A stretch of DNA of 59,936 nucleotides from a virus. Taxonomy: Duplodnaviria; Caudoviricetes. The DNA is taken from positions 1 to 59,936 of the IMG/VR virus record IMGVR_UViG_3300032893_000048; one strand, given 5' to 3'. The notes under the pieces are model-generated. The model made no database searches. It was not told the DNA's origin and saw only the letters and a list, made by a program, of their open reading frames with translations. Shown piece after piece: positions 1-8,977 of this stretch. A program made the translations under genes and the position numbers. Within the stretch, counting starts at the first letter, position 1. The number at the start of each line of letters is the position of its first letter.

Positions 1-126
1 TTATCGTCGGTAATGACGAATGCCACCGGGATGGATTGCTTGGCTGACGTTTCCTCGTCCTTCTCGTAAGCTTTTGGTATCTCGTGCTCGTCAGGATCGC
101 AAGGGGGAATCGGGGCGGCTGCAATC
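1..126. repeat. Terminal direct repeat / circular overlap, copy 1 (identical to 59779-59904)
   Basis: ttatcgtcgg...gctgcaatc is identical at both ends; a - strand ORF reads through the junction. Confidence 0.95.
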
Positions 127-338
127 ATTGACCGCCATACCGTCCAGGCATCGTGATCCCGCCACATGCGATCACCAAGAGCGTTCAGCATCTTGTCCGT
201 CGGCTCCCTCGGCACCATCACCCATCCGTCCACCGGCTCCTTGCAAAGCGCCTCCAGGCGGTCGGCCCATCCGTCAATAGCGGCCTCGGGGAATGATGCC
301 TCACGCATCTCAGCCACGATCTTTGGTACCGAGTCCAT
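1..338 (-). CDS. 5' part of a hypothetical phage protein spanning the circular junction (continues into 59475-59778)
   Basis: ATG at 338 overlaps the upstream stop; reads MDSVPKIVAEMREASF...GWVMVPREPTDKML...MIAAAPIPPCDPDEHE, in frame with ORF 59475-59915; the VPREPT..M...MIAAAP motif is common in phage accessory proteins. Confidence 0.8.
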   Translation of the reverse strand, partial: MDSVPKIVAEMREASFPEAAIDGWADRLEALCKEPVDGWVMVPREPTDKMLNALGDRMWRDHDAWTVWRSMIAAAPIPPCDPDEHEIPKAYEKDEETSAKQSIPVAFVITDD

Positions 339-610
339 TACCCGAGCTCCTCGTATTCTTTCAGCGGTGAGACATCGTACAGCTTCGCCCGCGGGACCTT
401 GTACCACACCTTCCGTCGACCATCGTACATGGCGAAGGCATTCACCTCACGCTGGTCGTAGCCGATGCCGGCGGCGGTGAACGGCCCATTGTAGATCAGG
501 CACACCGGGAGGAACTCCTCACTGATCTCACACGGCTTGTCAGTTACGAGGCCATTCATGTCCAACCAGATAGCCTTGTCCTGGTCTTCTGGATTAACGT
601 AGCAGCCCAT
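338..610 (-). CDS. Hypothetical protein (90 aa)
   Basis: ATG at 610 preceded by a GGAG RBS; abuts the next gene. Confidence 0.7.
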   Translation of the reverse strand: MGCYVNPEDQDKAIWLDMNGLVTDKPCEISEEFLPVCLIYNGPFTAAGIGYDQREVNAFAMYDGRRKVWYKVPRAKLYDVSPLKEYEELG

Positions 611-714
611 CTGTCGTCTCCTCTGGTTAAGGGAGGCCCCTTCAACGTCGGTATCACCACAACACCGTGCGCATCCACTCAAGGGAATTACATGTTGTTG
701 AAGGGGCCATAAAC

Positions 715-1086
715 CTACTTCTTATCGGGTACCAAACGATGTGCCTCGGTGATCGGGATGTTGGCCTCGGTCGGCACGTAGATGATCTGGTTGATCGAAC
801 CGTCCTTAATCGCCTCAGCAAAGGCCCCGATGAACTCCTGCTGGCGATATTCAGGGTATTCCTTCGCCGCCTTACCCATGATCTCGATCGCCGCCGCCCG
901 CTGGGTTGCGGCCTCCTTCTCAGCGCTCGCCTGCTGAACGAGGATTTGCCGGTTCTGGCTGGCCCGTGCCAGCTCGGCCTCGCCCTTCAGCCGCTGCTCA
1001 TAGACGGTATACTGCGGGCAGCCTGCCATGATGGCAAACACCAGCACCAAGAACCCACTCACACAACCAAAAATTACGCCGCCCAT
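715..1086 (-). CDS. Membrane-anchored coiled-coil protein (band-7/SPFH-like phage membrane protein)
   Basis: N-terminal TM helix, Ala/Glu coiled coil, C-terminal IIYVPTEANIPITEA typical of this phage family. Confidence 0.6.
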   Translation of the reverse strand: MGGVIFGCVSGFLVLVFAIMAGCPQYTVYEQRLKGEAELARASQNRQILVQQASAEKEAATQRAAAIEIMGKAAKEYPEYRQQEFIGAFAEAIKDGSINQIIYVPTEANIPITEAHRLVPDKK

Positions 1087-1149
1087 ATCATATTCCCCTC
1101 GGTTGATAAAAAATGGTGGCCTAGCCACTGATCTCCGTGCGCACCGGTG

Positions 1150-1222
1150 ATTCGATGGGTGGGATTCGAACCCACATCTCCGTGCTAATAGGAAGGCTGC
1201 CCATTACCCCACCACCTATCAG
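1150..1222 (-). pseudogene. Degenerate tRNA-like element
   Basis: Perfect T-arm GTGGG-TTCGAAT-CCCAC; acceptor, D and anticodon arms imperfect. Confidence 0.35.
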
Positions 1223-1322
1223 CAGCATCGGCCATAATTGGCGGCCCGACCGCCTGGGCGATCGGTGGTTCCTGTGGCGCGTCTGGACGCTTGCACCGAG
1301 GCGAGCGCAAGGTGCAGCAGGA

Positions 1323-1613
1323 TCAGTCCGGGCGGCCAAGGGTCGGGCCATAAACCCACTTATGTCGTTCACGCTCCTGCAGCCCCTGGTGGGGGATATA
1401 CTTGTTCAGCCGTCCCATGTAGCGATCATAGTGACGCTCGGCCCGTCGACAGCGATCGAGGACCCGATCTCGCCAGTTGGCCATCATGGTCTCAAACTCA
1501 AACGTACTTCTTGCCATCGCGGGGTTCGGCATCTCCTCCAGCATCGATACCTGCTGAAGGTACATCTTCCGGTCGTGGATGCCGAACCGTGGCGCTTTGA
1601 CATTATCCTTCAT
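1323..1613 (-). CDS. Hypothetical protein
   Basis: 96-aa ORF overlapping the upstream gene in a tight operon. Confidence 0.65.
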   Translation of the reverse strand: MKDNVKAPRFGIHDRKMYLQQVSMLEEMPNPAMARSTFEFETMMANWRDRVLDRCRRAERHYDRYMGRLNKYIPHQGLQERERHKWVYGPTLGRPD

Positions 1614-1926
1614 TCTTGGCTCCTAGGTTAACTGTGTCGATCTCATTAACAATCATCTCGGTGACCTTTACCCGCATCTCCACAAGACCAATCACCTCGA
1701 TAATGGAGGTTGCCGTTGTAGTTGGCGACCTCGCGATGGCGTCGGTGATCATCTTCTCGACGCTGACCATCGCCATCAAGCGACCGATGTGCAGGTGCCG
1801 GTCGTTGATGCCTAGCTCCTTGGCGATCTTCAGGGCCTGGGCAAGATGCTTGGTCGCCTTCTCGAGGTTGGTCAGCGCCTCGCTGTGGGCCGTCAGTCGA
1901 ACTACGCTTATAAGCTCTTCGTTCAT
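1603..1926 (-). CDS. Hypothetical protein
   Basis: 107-aa ORF with 4-nt overlap with the upstream gene. Confidence 0.7.
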   Translation of the reverse strand: MNEELISVVRLTAHSEALTNLEKATKHLAQALKIAKELGINDRHLHIGRLMAMVSVEKMITDAIARSPTTTATSIIEVIGLVEMRVKVTEMIVNEIDTVNLGAKNEG

Positions 1927-3509
1927 TTTACGATCCGATATGCGGTGATTACACCATTTGGCACGCCTAAGTTATCAAGACGAGGTTCTCCCCACAGCCA
2001 GGTGCCTGCCGTGGTTCTAAAGTCGTACATGTTGTAGTCTGAACCATGGCACAACTCTACCCTCGTGTCATATAGCACAGGTCTCGGCCCACCGAGCCAC
2101 TGAATCCACCCCTCATTCAGCGCGTTCAGCTTCGCCCAGTTCATATCTATTGCAACGTGCCCACCGCCACCGCCTCCAGGTGCGGCCCAGCCGTGTGCTT
2201 CTGTATCCCAGTTGCCACCGCCATTACCTACCCAGTACTTCATCGGCTTATCGAGCGGCACTGAGATTCGACCGGCCTCATCGACGCTGATGATGGATTT
2301 CACCTCCTCCACCATGGGGCGCTTCATGATGTCACGGATGCGCTCGTCAGGCACGCCTCGGTTGTACATGCTGCCGTCGAGGCGGTCGTCACCTTGCTCC
2401 CAGCTGTACGTGACCAGCCCGCGCCGGCGGTCATAGGTCTTGCTGAGCCGACCAAAGCGCACCCGCAGCTTCCCACGCTTCCGTACATCCACGGGGATGC
2501 CGGCCTCGGCAAGCCGCGCCAGGAGCTTGGGCTCACCGATCGGCACGGTTAACGTATGCTGTCGGGACGGCGCAGCCGCGAGGTCGACGGCCACCACACA
2601 GCGGCAGTTGAAGACCTCACCCGTTGGAACCGCCGAACCACCTCCAGCGCGGGCCTGGACCAGGTTGTCCGCCAGCTTACCACCGTAGCTGGGTACCGGT
2701 TTCATGTTAGTGACGGCTTCTTGCATCATCTCCTCGATCTCATGGTAGGTCAATGCTCGCGGAATAGAACCATGCAGGCCACACATTGACACTACTTCTT
2801 CCTGAGTATAACCTCGAGGATTATATAGCGCGCTGCGCTTGGCTAGTTCCTGCGGGCTGTTGTAATTGGCCGGCATGAGGTCATCAATGGACCCCATCGA
2901 GGCCTTCGCCACATTACGTGAGTCGTCAATGCGGTTACCAAACATCGGATAGAGTGACGGCAGCGCCCGCTGGATATCCCACATGCGGGCCGCGCGGTGG
3001 TTCCACTCCTCGACCATCCGCTGATGGGCCCTCATGGTCATGTACGACGGTAGGTTCAGCGAATCGTTGTGCACAGCTTCCTTGATGTTGTTCAGCTCCG
3101 CTACGCTCAATGCTGGCTTCTGCGGGTCATCCGCGTCGGTTACCTTGAACACCCCACCAACGACCGCACCCACCTTCTTGCGATCCTTCATGTAAACCTT
3201 GGTATAGGCGAAGACCCCGTGGACCCCCAGCTCATTGTTGACACTACGATGACGGCTTACCCGCAGGGTCCCGAACTCGACGCCCCAGAAGGCCTCGCCG
3301 GTATCTGGTACGATCTGAGCCCGAGTCAGCTTATTGACGTCGGTCAATGGGATGCCATGAAGCTCGAACAGCCGACGCACCACCGCACTGCGGTCATCGG
3401 TGCCATATGCCGACTTAAGGTGGTTGATGTACTCATCGGCGAAGAACAGCTTCACCCGCACGATGTCGTCATCATTAGTCATCTCTTTGATGCCCATTCT
3501 AACCTCCAA
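1923..3509 (-). CDS. Large mosaic hypothetical protein (about 520 aa)
   Basis: Long ORF; likely ATG at 3497 after GGAGG; contains short scraps resembling virion-protein motifs. Confidence 0.75.
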   Translation of the reverse strand: MEVRMGIKEMTNDDDIVRVKLFFADEYINHLKSAYGTDDRSAVVRRLFELHGIPLTDVNKLTRAQIVPDTGEAFWGVEFGTLRVSRHRSVNNELGVHGVFAYTKVYMKDRKKVGAVVGGVFKVTDADDPQKPALSVAELNNIKEAVHNDSLNLPSYMTMRAHQRMVEEWNHRAARMWDIQRALPSLYPMFGNRIDDSRNVAKASMGSIDDLMPANYNSPQELAKRSALYNPRGYTQEEVVSMCGLHGSIPRALTYHEIEEMMQEAVTNMKPVPSYGGKLADNLVQARAGGGSAVPTGEVFNCRCVVAVDLAAAPSRQHTLTVPIGEPKLLARLAEAGIPVDVRKRGKLRVRFGRLSKTYDRRRGLVTYSWEQGDDRLDGSMYNRGVPDERIRDIMKRPMVEEVKSIISVDEAGRISVPLDKPMKYWVGNGGGNWDTEAHGWAAPGGGGGGHVAIDMNWAKLNALNEGWIQWLGGPRPVLYDTRVELCHGSDYNMYDFRTTAGTWLWGEPRLDNLGVPNGVITAYRIVK

Positions 3510-3596
3510 AGGTTAACCAACCGGCAGGCCAGGATCACGTACCACGGTCGACGTGGTGGGACCCAACGAAAGATCACGGTCTTCCTGTTGCAGCAG

Positions 3597-3782
3597 TCAT
3601 ATCGATAAAGGGGTCCCACGTAAAACCCTAAATTCGTAGGAAGCGATGGCTACGATGTCATAAGTTACTGGTATCTTAGCCAACATCAGCCGCCAAAAGA
3701 TTATCATCTCAGGCGAGTTATAGTTAAGCAACTCTGAGTCCGTGAATTTGACGGTGATCGGCGCCTCCTCAGTGCAGCGCAT
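3597..3782 (-). CDS. Small hypothetical protein (61 aa)
   Basis: AT-richer ORF filling the gap, overlapping the upstream gene end. Confidence 0.4.
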   Translation of the reverse strand: MRCTEEAPITVKFTDSELLNYNSPEMIIFWRLMLAKIPVTYDIVAIASYEFRVLRGTPLSI

Positions 3783-4140
3783 CGGGCATCTGCTCCGCAT
3801 CATCCGTGGCCACCAGCTGCTGAAGCTCGACCAGCAGGTTCCGCTGCCACTGCCCCAGGTGGCGCAGCAGGAGGTACTGGCCGGCGAGATAACCGCAGTG
3901 CTCGTCATCCTGGCCCTCATGCTCCAGGGCCCGGTGGAGGTGCATCTGCAGGTTGATCGCGGTCGTGATGTCGTTGATGGCGCCCTGGGTGGCCAGGTTG
4001 ACCGCCGTGGGGCTGCCATGCTCCGCGATGCGTGTCGCGATCTGATTCAGCTGCCCCAGCTGCTCGTCGACCTGCACAAGCTTGTTCTGAATGCTGGCCA
4101 TCTTCTCAGCTCGGGTGCGGATGGGTGACTCGGTGCTCAT
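3769..4140 (-). CDS. Hypothetical coiled-coil protein
   Basis: 123-aa ORF with AGGAG RBS. Confidence 0.75.
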   Translation of the reverse strand: MSTESPIRTRAEKMASIQNKLVQVDEQLGQLNQIATRIAEHGSPTAVNLATQGAINDITTAINLQMHLHRALEHEGQDDEHCGYLAGQYLLLRHLGQWQRNLLVELQQLVATDDAEQMPDALH

Positions 4141-4149
4141 TTGGGCTCC

Positions 4150-4548
4150 TTAGACCTTGTTGACGGAGAGGGTGACGACGGTGAAGGGCTCCACGCCGGG
4201 GACCTTCTTCTTGTTGTCCCAGCGGGCCTCGACCGCGGTCTTCGAGACGGCCTTGTTCAGCAGGTCGAACTCACCGGTCCGCTTGATGTACTTGTAGAAG
4301 TCATCCCAGTTCACGACCTGCGGCACCGCTTTGGTCACCACCGTGACCCGCGCCAGCTTGCCAGCCACCCCGGACGCCTCCGACTTGGGCAGCGTGTTGA
4401 TGAGATAATCCTTCAAGGCCTTCTCCTCGGCCTCGACCGCGGCCACCTCCTTGGCCATGGCCAGCCGCTTCTCGCGGAGCTCATAGTAGCGGTCCGCGCA
4501 GGCGGCCATGGTCTTGGGGAACTTGTACTTCTTGGGTTCTGCTGCCAT
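4150..4548 (-). CDS. Conserved phage protein (132 aa; coiled coil plus Gam-like C-terminus)
   Basis: MAAEPKKYKF...ADRYYELREKRL...VVNWDDFYKYI...VPGVEPF; true start at 4548. Confidence 0.7.
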   Translation of the reverse strand: MAAEPKKYKFPKTMAACADRYYELREKRLAMAKEVAAVEAEEKALKDYLINTLPKSEASGVAGKLARVTVVTKAVPQVVNWDDFYKYIKRTGEFDLLNKAVSKTAVEARWDNKKKVPGVEPFTVVTLSVNKV

Positions 4549-4555
4549 GGTTGAA

Positions 4556-5086
4556 CTACTCCCCGAGGAGGTGGTTGGTGATGTGGCCCATCGCGGCCTC
4601 GACGCAGCGCTCCGCCTCGGTGAGGTCCCCGTCAATCGGTAGGGCCCGCATCTCACAGCGGATTTGGTGCAGCCGCTTCCACAGGCCGTGGTAGGTGCTG
4701 ACCGTGGTGACCTTGGGCGCCAAGGGCACCGGAGGCGGCGGGGACGGGATCGGATCGGCATGCCGCAGGAAGGCCATACCCAGCTGCTCCGGCTCGGCCG
4801 GCTTGGGTTTGACCTGCCGCTTGGCGGCCAGGTGCTTGCCGCGCGCGAGCAGCACCTCGATTGGTGCGTGGTCGGTGATCTTGTGCACGCTAAGCCGCCC
4901 ACGGTAACCGATGACCTCGGTCACGCCCTCCCGGTTCAAGGTAGTCAGCGCGGCGCTGATGGCGCTGGAGCTCTCATCTTTGAAATCGACCCGCTTGGCG
5001 ATGTCAGCGGAGGTGAATTTATACCCGATCTTGTGTTGTTTTACCCACCTGAAAACCCGGTAGGATAGGGACATCTTACGGCTCAT
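4556..5086 (-). CDS. Putative winged-HTH DNA-binding protein
   Basis: FTSADIAKRV...SAISAALTTLNREG pattern; first gene after a promoter. Confidence 0.5.
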   Translation of the reverse strand: MSRKMSLSYRVFRWVKQHKIGYKFTSADIAKRVDFKDESSSAISAALTTLNREGVTEVIGYRGRLSVHKITDHAPIEVLLARGKHLAAKRQVKPKPAEPEQLGMAFLRHADPIPSPPPPVPLAPKVTTVSTYHGLWKRLHQIRCEMRALPIDGDLTEAERCVEAAMGHITNHLLGE

Positions 5087-5123
5087 TGAACTACTCCCCT
5101 CAGCTTGTTAGTAGGTGAATCGC

Positions 5124-5152
5124 ATCCTACCGCCCACGCGGCAGGTTGTAAA
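5124..5152 (-). promoter_or_regulatory. sigma70-type promoter TTTACA-N17-TAGGAT
   Basis: One of 8 promoters with identical -35 and exact 17-nt spacer. Confidence 0.75.
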
Positions 5153-5161
5153 CAGTTATTT

Positions 5162-6031
5162 TTAGAGGTCGCGGGGGTCCCGGAACCCCAGGAACACGGG
5201 AAACCTCGGCTTCTCCTTGACCCCCGTGGGCTGGTACTTATACCTGACCAAGCGACCCGGAAGGTCGTTCCTGGTTGACCACAGGAGCTCTCGGTCATGC
5301 TGGTTGAACCCGGTCCCGATCTCAAACTCGACGCCGGTCGTCAGGTCCCGGACCTGCAGGGCCCCCAGGGTCCCGGCGCCCACCAGCCCCGCCTTGGCCC
5401 GGCTCCGCTCGAGGTGGCCCAGGGCGTTCCGCATGGCACCATTGAGGTTGGTCATCAGCTCGACGACCCCCAGCACCTCGGCCTCGCTGTCCTCGAATCG
5501 CTTCAGCTTGAGCAGTAGGCCCTCCTTGAGCGTCGACCGGCCGTGCTTGTAGTAGCCGTTCGGGTCCCGGATCATGATCCCCTCGTAGCCCAGGGCCAGC
5601 ATGTCGGTCTCATACCGCAGCAGCTCCTGCTCATTGGTGATGACCGAGTGCTTGACCACCATAACGCTGCCCCAACCCGCGATCCTCGCATGCAGGCCCT
5701 TATGCCGGTACTTGAAGGTCCCTACATGGGTGTGGTCATCAAACACGTAGAACCGGGTCGGTGGGGTGCCCTCGCGGCTCATCACCCCGGATGTGGTGAC
5801 GTTGCACACGTTCTTGGCCGTCGGGTCCCCGATGATCAGCTCCCCATCGAGACCGTGGAACTCCCGCCGCCCGAATAGCATCTGGATGTGCTTGTTGGGG
5901 ATCAGCTTCAGGCTCCGACTGAGCAGGATGCCGTTGATGTTGATGGCCCGCACCCCATCCAGCTTCGGTGAGGCGAGCAGGGGGTAGCGCAGGTTCGTGC
6001 CGTCGGTCGCGGCGGCAAGGGTCGGCTTCAC
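5162..6031 (-). CDS. lig: ATP-dependent DNA ligase
   Basis: Motif I SPKLDGVR, LDGEL, FYVFD, EGIMIR, LLKLK, OB-fold EIGTGF...KPRFPVF. Confidence 0.95.
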   Translation of the reverse strand: MKPTLAAATDGTNLRYPLLASPKLDGVRAININGILLSRSLKLIPNKHIQMLFGRREFHGLDGELIIGDPTAKNVCNVTTSGVMSREGTPPTRFYVFDDHTHVGTFKYRHKGLHARIAGWGSVMVVKHSVITNEQELLRYETDMLALGYEGIMIRDPNGYYKHGRSTLKEGLLLKLKRFEDSEAEVLGVVELMTNLNGAMRNALGHLERSRAKAGLVGAGTLGALQVRDLTTGVEFEIGTGFNQHDRELLWSTRNDLPGRLVRYKYQPTGVKEKPRFPVFLGFRDPRDL

Positions 6032-6363
6032 GTCTTCTCCTTTCGGTACCCGGGTGGGACCATGTAGTTAAGTTTGTTATTGAGGGCGTTCACCAACCGG
6101 CTCTTCGCCTCATCGAGGGTCGTGGCCGGTCGGACCAGCCGCCGGTTCGTGGGCCGGAGCAGGTCCTTCGAGTAGTCGGTGACGTAGATGGTGATCGGCC
6201 CATGCCTGGCCGCCGCCACATCCCGCGGCTCGTAGCTGTCGTCGCAGCCGAGGAACCCGGCCAGCCGCCCGTCCCGATAGTAGGCAGCCGGCCACGACCG
6301 GTGGGCGAAGGCTCGGTAGGGGCCGGTGGGCACCTCACCCACCCGCCAACGTAGGTTGATCAT
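6028..6363 (-). CDS. Hypothetical protein
   Basis: ORF coupled by 4-nt overlaps on both sides. Confidence 0.7.
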   Translation of the reverse strand: MINLRWRVGEVPTGPYRAFAHRSWPAAYYRDGRLAGFLGCDDSYEPRDVAAARHGPITIYVTDYSKDLLRPTNRRLVRPATTLDEAKSRLVNALNNKLNYMVPPGYRKEKT

Positions 6364-6587
6364 CCTCGTAACTTCCAAAATTCATTGGTATCCTCATGTC
6401 GCACATACTGCTGGCCAGTACCGGTGCCGAACTTCAGGACCTCACCCACGGCGCAATCAAGGCACATGATGGCCCACGGGCCGGCCTTGGTCTTGCCGTC
6501 GACGAAGCTGTTTCTAATCACATTCCCGCATAGCTCGCAGTTGGTGGGGTTGCCACCACACCATTTGACTCGTGCTGACTCGACCAT
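6360..6587 (-). CDS. Small Zn-binding protein
   Basis: CELC...FVDGKT..GPWAIMCLDC...GTGTGQQY. Confidence 0.7.
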   Translation of the reverse strand: MVESARVKWCGGNPTNCELCGNVIRNSFVDGKTKAGPWAIMCLDCAVGEVLKFGTGTGQQYVRHEDTNEFWKLRG

Positions 6588-6588
6588 G

Positions 6589-7284
6589 TTAGCCTCCGTT
6601 GATCAGCAGCCGCTGGGCGGCCGCGCCATTGATGGGTTTGTGGATGGACTCACCGAGGGCCGCCTGCTGCCCCGCTTGGTAGCCTTGATAGCCAAGCCGA
6701 CGCTTTTGCACGCCTGCCTCCTTGCCGCTCGAAACCGCCTTGATGTGGTCGTCGATGAGGGCCTTGACCTCGTCCCCCATGGCGAACTCATGGACCGTCT
6801 TCCGGATCGTGGCCACCCAGCCGTGGCAAAAGCCGTCGGCCTCCATCGTCTTGGCCTGCCGTGAGAGGTGCTCGGGCAGGTTGGTGACGAAGCGGGCCCG
6901 TGAGCTCATGAGCTTCCGCTGCAGCACCTCGGTCGTGTAGGCGGCCAACGGCACCTGGGTCTTCAGGCCGACGATCGTGTAGTGACCGAAGACCTCCTCG
7001 TTGTGGCTGTAGGACTTGGCCCACATCAGCCTGCAACCGAACGCCCGGGCCACGGTGTTGAGGAGGGCGAGCTCCCAATCCTTGATCCGCGAAACGCTGG
7101 CCTTGGACTTGACGGTGGCCTCCCCGATCTCGGCCCGGCCGAGGTCCGCTTGGCTCACGCCATGCAGGTCCATCAGCTTCTGGGCCTGCCGCAGCGCGGC
7201 CGCTGCCTCATGGGGCTCGGGTGACTGCGACAGCGCGAGGCACTTCTTGATCTTGTTGAGAATCTTGTCGTCGAGTTGCTTCAT
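6589..7284 (-). CDS. DUF2786-domain protein
   Basis: N-terminal KILNKIKKCLALSQSPEPHEAAAALRQAQKLM; C-terminal FCHGW and GYQAG. Confidence 0.85.
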   Translation of the reverse strand: MKQLDDKILNKIKKCLALSQSPEPHEAAAALRQAQKLMDLHGVSQADLGRAEIGEATVKSKASVSRIKDWELALLNTVARAFGCRLMWAKSYSHNEEVFGHYTIVGLKTQVPLAAYTTEVLQRKLMSSRARFVTNLPEHLSRQAKTMEADGFCHGWVATIRKTVHEFAMGDEVKALIDDHIKAVSSGKEAGVQKRRLGYQGYQAGQQAALGESIHKPINGAAAQRLLINGG

Positions 7285-7308
7285 TGGTCGTTCCCCTCAG
7301 CAAGGAAG

Positions 7309-7326
7309 GGCGGGCCGAAGCCCGCC
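7309..7326 (-). terminator. GC-rich hairpin (UUCG loop on the - strand)
   Basis: ggcgggc-cgaa-gcccgcc. Confidence 0.45.
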
Positions 7327-7333
7327 GTGGTGA

Positions 7334-7552
7334 TCACCAGTTGTCGTACTTCAGACCGTCAAGCAGCGTGCTCACGAGGTGGGTGAGCTGCTCGTAGGGG
7401 CTCAAACCCTCCTTGTTCATCTGCTTCATGAGCGAATCGAACGACTTCGCCCCCGAGATGCCACAAACCTCACCAAACCCACTCGCATTGTAATACTTGA
7501 CGTACACCTCACGAATGTGGTCGATCGGTGTGTATGTTTTGCCACTCATCAT
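7334..7552 (-). CDS. Early hypothetical protein
   Basis: First gene after a promoter, GAGGAG RBS. Confidence 0.75.
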   Translation of the reverse strand: MMSGKTYTPIDHIREVYVKYYNASGFGEVCGISGAKSFDSLMKQMNKEGLSPYEQLTHLVSTLLDGLKYDNW

Positions 7553-7555
7553 TCT

Positions 7556-7654
7556 CTCCTCAGCAGGTCCGATCGTAACTCGATCGTGGGTTCATCATAA
7601 TCCGTTGATGCCCGCTTGTAAATAGGTAGTTTTAACTTGTGACACTGTGTTACA
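7556..7654 (-). promoter_or_regulatory. Early promoter cassette: TGTGAC-N5-GTTACA box, TTTACA-N17-TATGAT, CGATCG hairpin, ACCTGCTGAGGAG RBS
   Basis: Near-identical cassettes at 8401-8497, 46937-47034 and 51773-51874. Confidence 0.85.
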
Positions 7655-7655
7655 G

Positions 7656-7907
7656 TCAATCATTCCAGACCTCGAGGGTCAAGGTGCCAAACTCCTGTTG
7701 ATAGTGGTGCGTACCATTGTTGTCGGTATGCTTGTGGACGAACCTCAGACCGTTGCCGACATTTGGCGCCACCTCGAAGAACGTAGGCCGTTGGCCGGGG
7801 GTCAACCCGAGGTCTGAAGCGACGCAGGTGAAATAGGTGTCGCGAAACGGCCCCATGGTGAAGGCGGCAAATCGATTCAGGTGGCTGGTTGTGATGATCA
7901 TGGTCAT
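7656..7907 (-). CDS. Early hypothetical protein
   Basis: ATG at 7907 after AAGGAG. Confidence 0.7.
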   Translation of the reverse strand: MTMIITTSHLNRFAAFTMGPFRDTYFTCVASDLGLTPGQRPTFFEVAPNVGNGLRFVHKHTDNNGTHHYQQEFGTLTLEVWND

Positions 7908-7912
7908 GCTCC

Positions 7913-8113
7913 TTAGCCGTCCTTCTTGACGACGACCCACTCAAACTCACCGGTGAATCGCTCAAGCAGGACCGCGCGGTCATAAGCTTCCATCCACGAT
8001 GAAAATTCCGTGGCGTCATCACGAACGTTGCTTATTCGGATGACATTCTCACGAGGTTTCTCAAGGTGTGAGACATAGAACCGGTCCGAGCAGTTGTCAG
8101 CTAGGATGTACAT
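7913..8113 (-). CDS. Early hypothetical protein
   Basis: 66-aa ORF in a tight operon. Confidence 0.65.
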   Translation of the reverse strand: MYILADNCSDRFYVSHLEKPRENVIRISNVRDDATEFSSWMEAYDRAVLLERFTGEFEWVVVKKDG

Positions 8114-8115
8114 GG

Positions 8116-8394
8116 TCAGATGCCCTTCACGACGATGTTAGACCCGGTCGCCTTCAGGGCGGTCTGGATGTCGCGGAGCAGCTCCTTGGTCACGCCCCGA
8201 TGGAAGGGGTGGAAGAAGAGGTCCCCGTTCTCGTCCTCATGCACCACGTTGATCAGCTCACCCACCTGAATGTGCACGCGGCCGGTGATGACCACCTCCC
8301 CGTCGACATTGTTCCACGTGTCCTCCTCTGCGAACCCGCAGGCGGGGACACCCATGTCCAAGGTCAACTTCCGATAGACGGCGCTCGCTCTCAT
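8116..8394 (-). CDS. Early hypothetical protein
   Basis: First gene after a promoter cassette. Confidence 0.75.
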   Translation of the reverse strand: MRASAVYRKLTLDMGVPACGFAEEDTWNNVDGEVVITGRVHIQVGELINVVHEDENGDLFFHPFHRGVTKELLRDIQTALKATGSNIVVKGI

Positions 8395-8400
8395 GATTTA

Positions 8401-8497
8401 TCTCCTCAGCAGGTCCGATCGTTAATCGATCGTAGGTCTACTATAGCCCGCCGACGGATGTTTGTAAATAGCTAGTTTTAACATGTGACATTCGTTG
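8401..8497 (-). promoter_or_regulatory. Early promoter cassette TTTACA-N17-TATAGT
   Basis: -35 at 8463-8468, -10 at 8440-8445, same hairpin and RBS motif. Confidence 0.85.
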
Positions 8498-8702
8498 ACA
8501 GTCGACGGACCTGGATGCCGCTGTACCACACCCGGGTGCCGATGATCCCGACCGGCTTCCCCTCGGTTCCGGCCCGGAGCCATGCGAGCAGCTGGTAGGC
8601 ATCCCGAACGGGCAGCTCCAGCTCCGTCGGAATCACGGACCCCGCGAGGGGCCCGTCCAGGAAGTGCCGGTTGTAGCGGATGAGGTAATTGAGCCGGGCC
8701 AT
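8478..8702 (-). CDS. Hypothetical protein
   Basis: 74-aa ORF coupled to the upstream gene. Confidence 0.6.
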   Translation of the reverse strand: MARLNYLIRYNRHFLDGPLAGSVIPTELELPVRDAYQLLAWLRAGTEGKPVGIIGTRVWYSGIQVRRLSTNVTC

Positions 8703-8944
8703 CAGCTGGCTTCCCGCTGCTTGATGAGCAGCTTGTAGGCCTCGATCGAGTGCACGTCCGCGATCGGCTCAGCCCCCTGGGCCCGCAGGTCCAAGGTCGC
8801 CCGCTCGGCCTGCAGGTGGTGGTAGTTGATCATGGCCAGCCGCCCGCCGCAGTAGGCGAGGTCGGTATCCTTCTCTAAATAGTAGGCCTCCAGGGCGTGG
8901 TGAACGTAGTGGGCCTGGAGCTCGTCAATGGTCTTGGTCGTCAT
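8702..8944 (-). CDS. Early hypothetical protein (paralog of 45557-45790)
   Basis: First gene after a promoter; shares LQA...AY..GR...LRA.G.EP..HS.EA with the paralog. Confidence 0.75.
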   Translation of the reverse strand: MTTKTIDELQAHYVHHALEAYYLEKDTDLAYCGGRLAMINYHHLQAERATLDLRAQGAEPIADVHSIEAYKLLIKQREAS

Positions 8945-8977
8945 GGCACCATCTCCTCAGCAGGTTGAACCAGGCCC

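Noticed and set aside
1150-1222. Functional tRNA gene
   Set aside because: Acceptor and D stems pair poorly and the anticodon loop is non-canonical; kept only as a relic
7638-7654. Canonical CRP site
   Set aside because: Only the TGTGA half matches; the second half and spacing deviate from TGTGA-N6-TCACA
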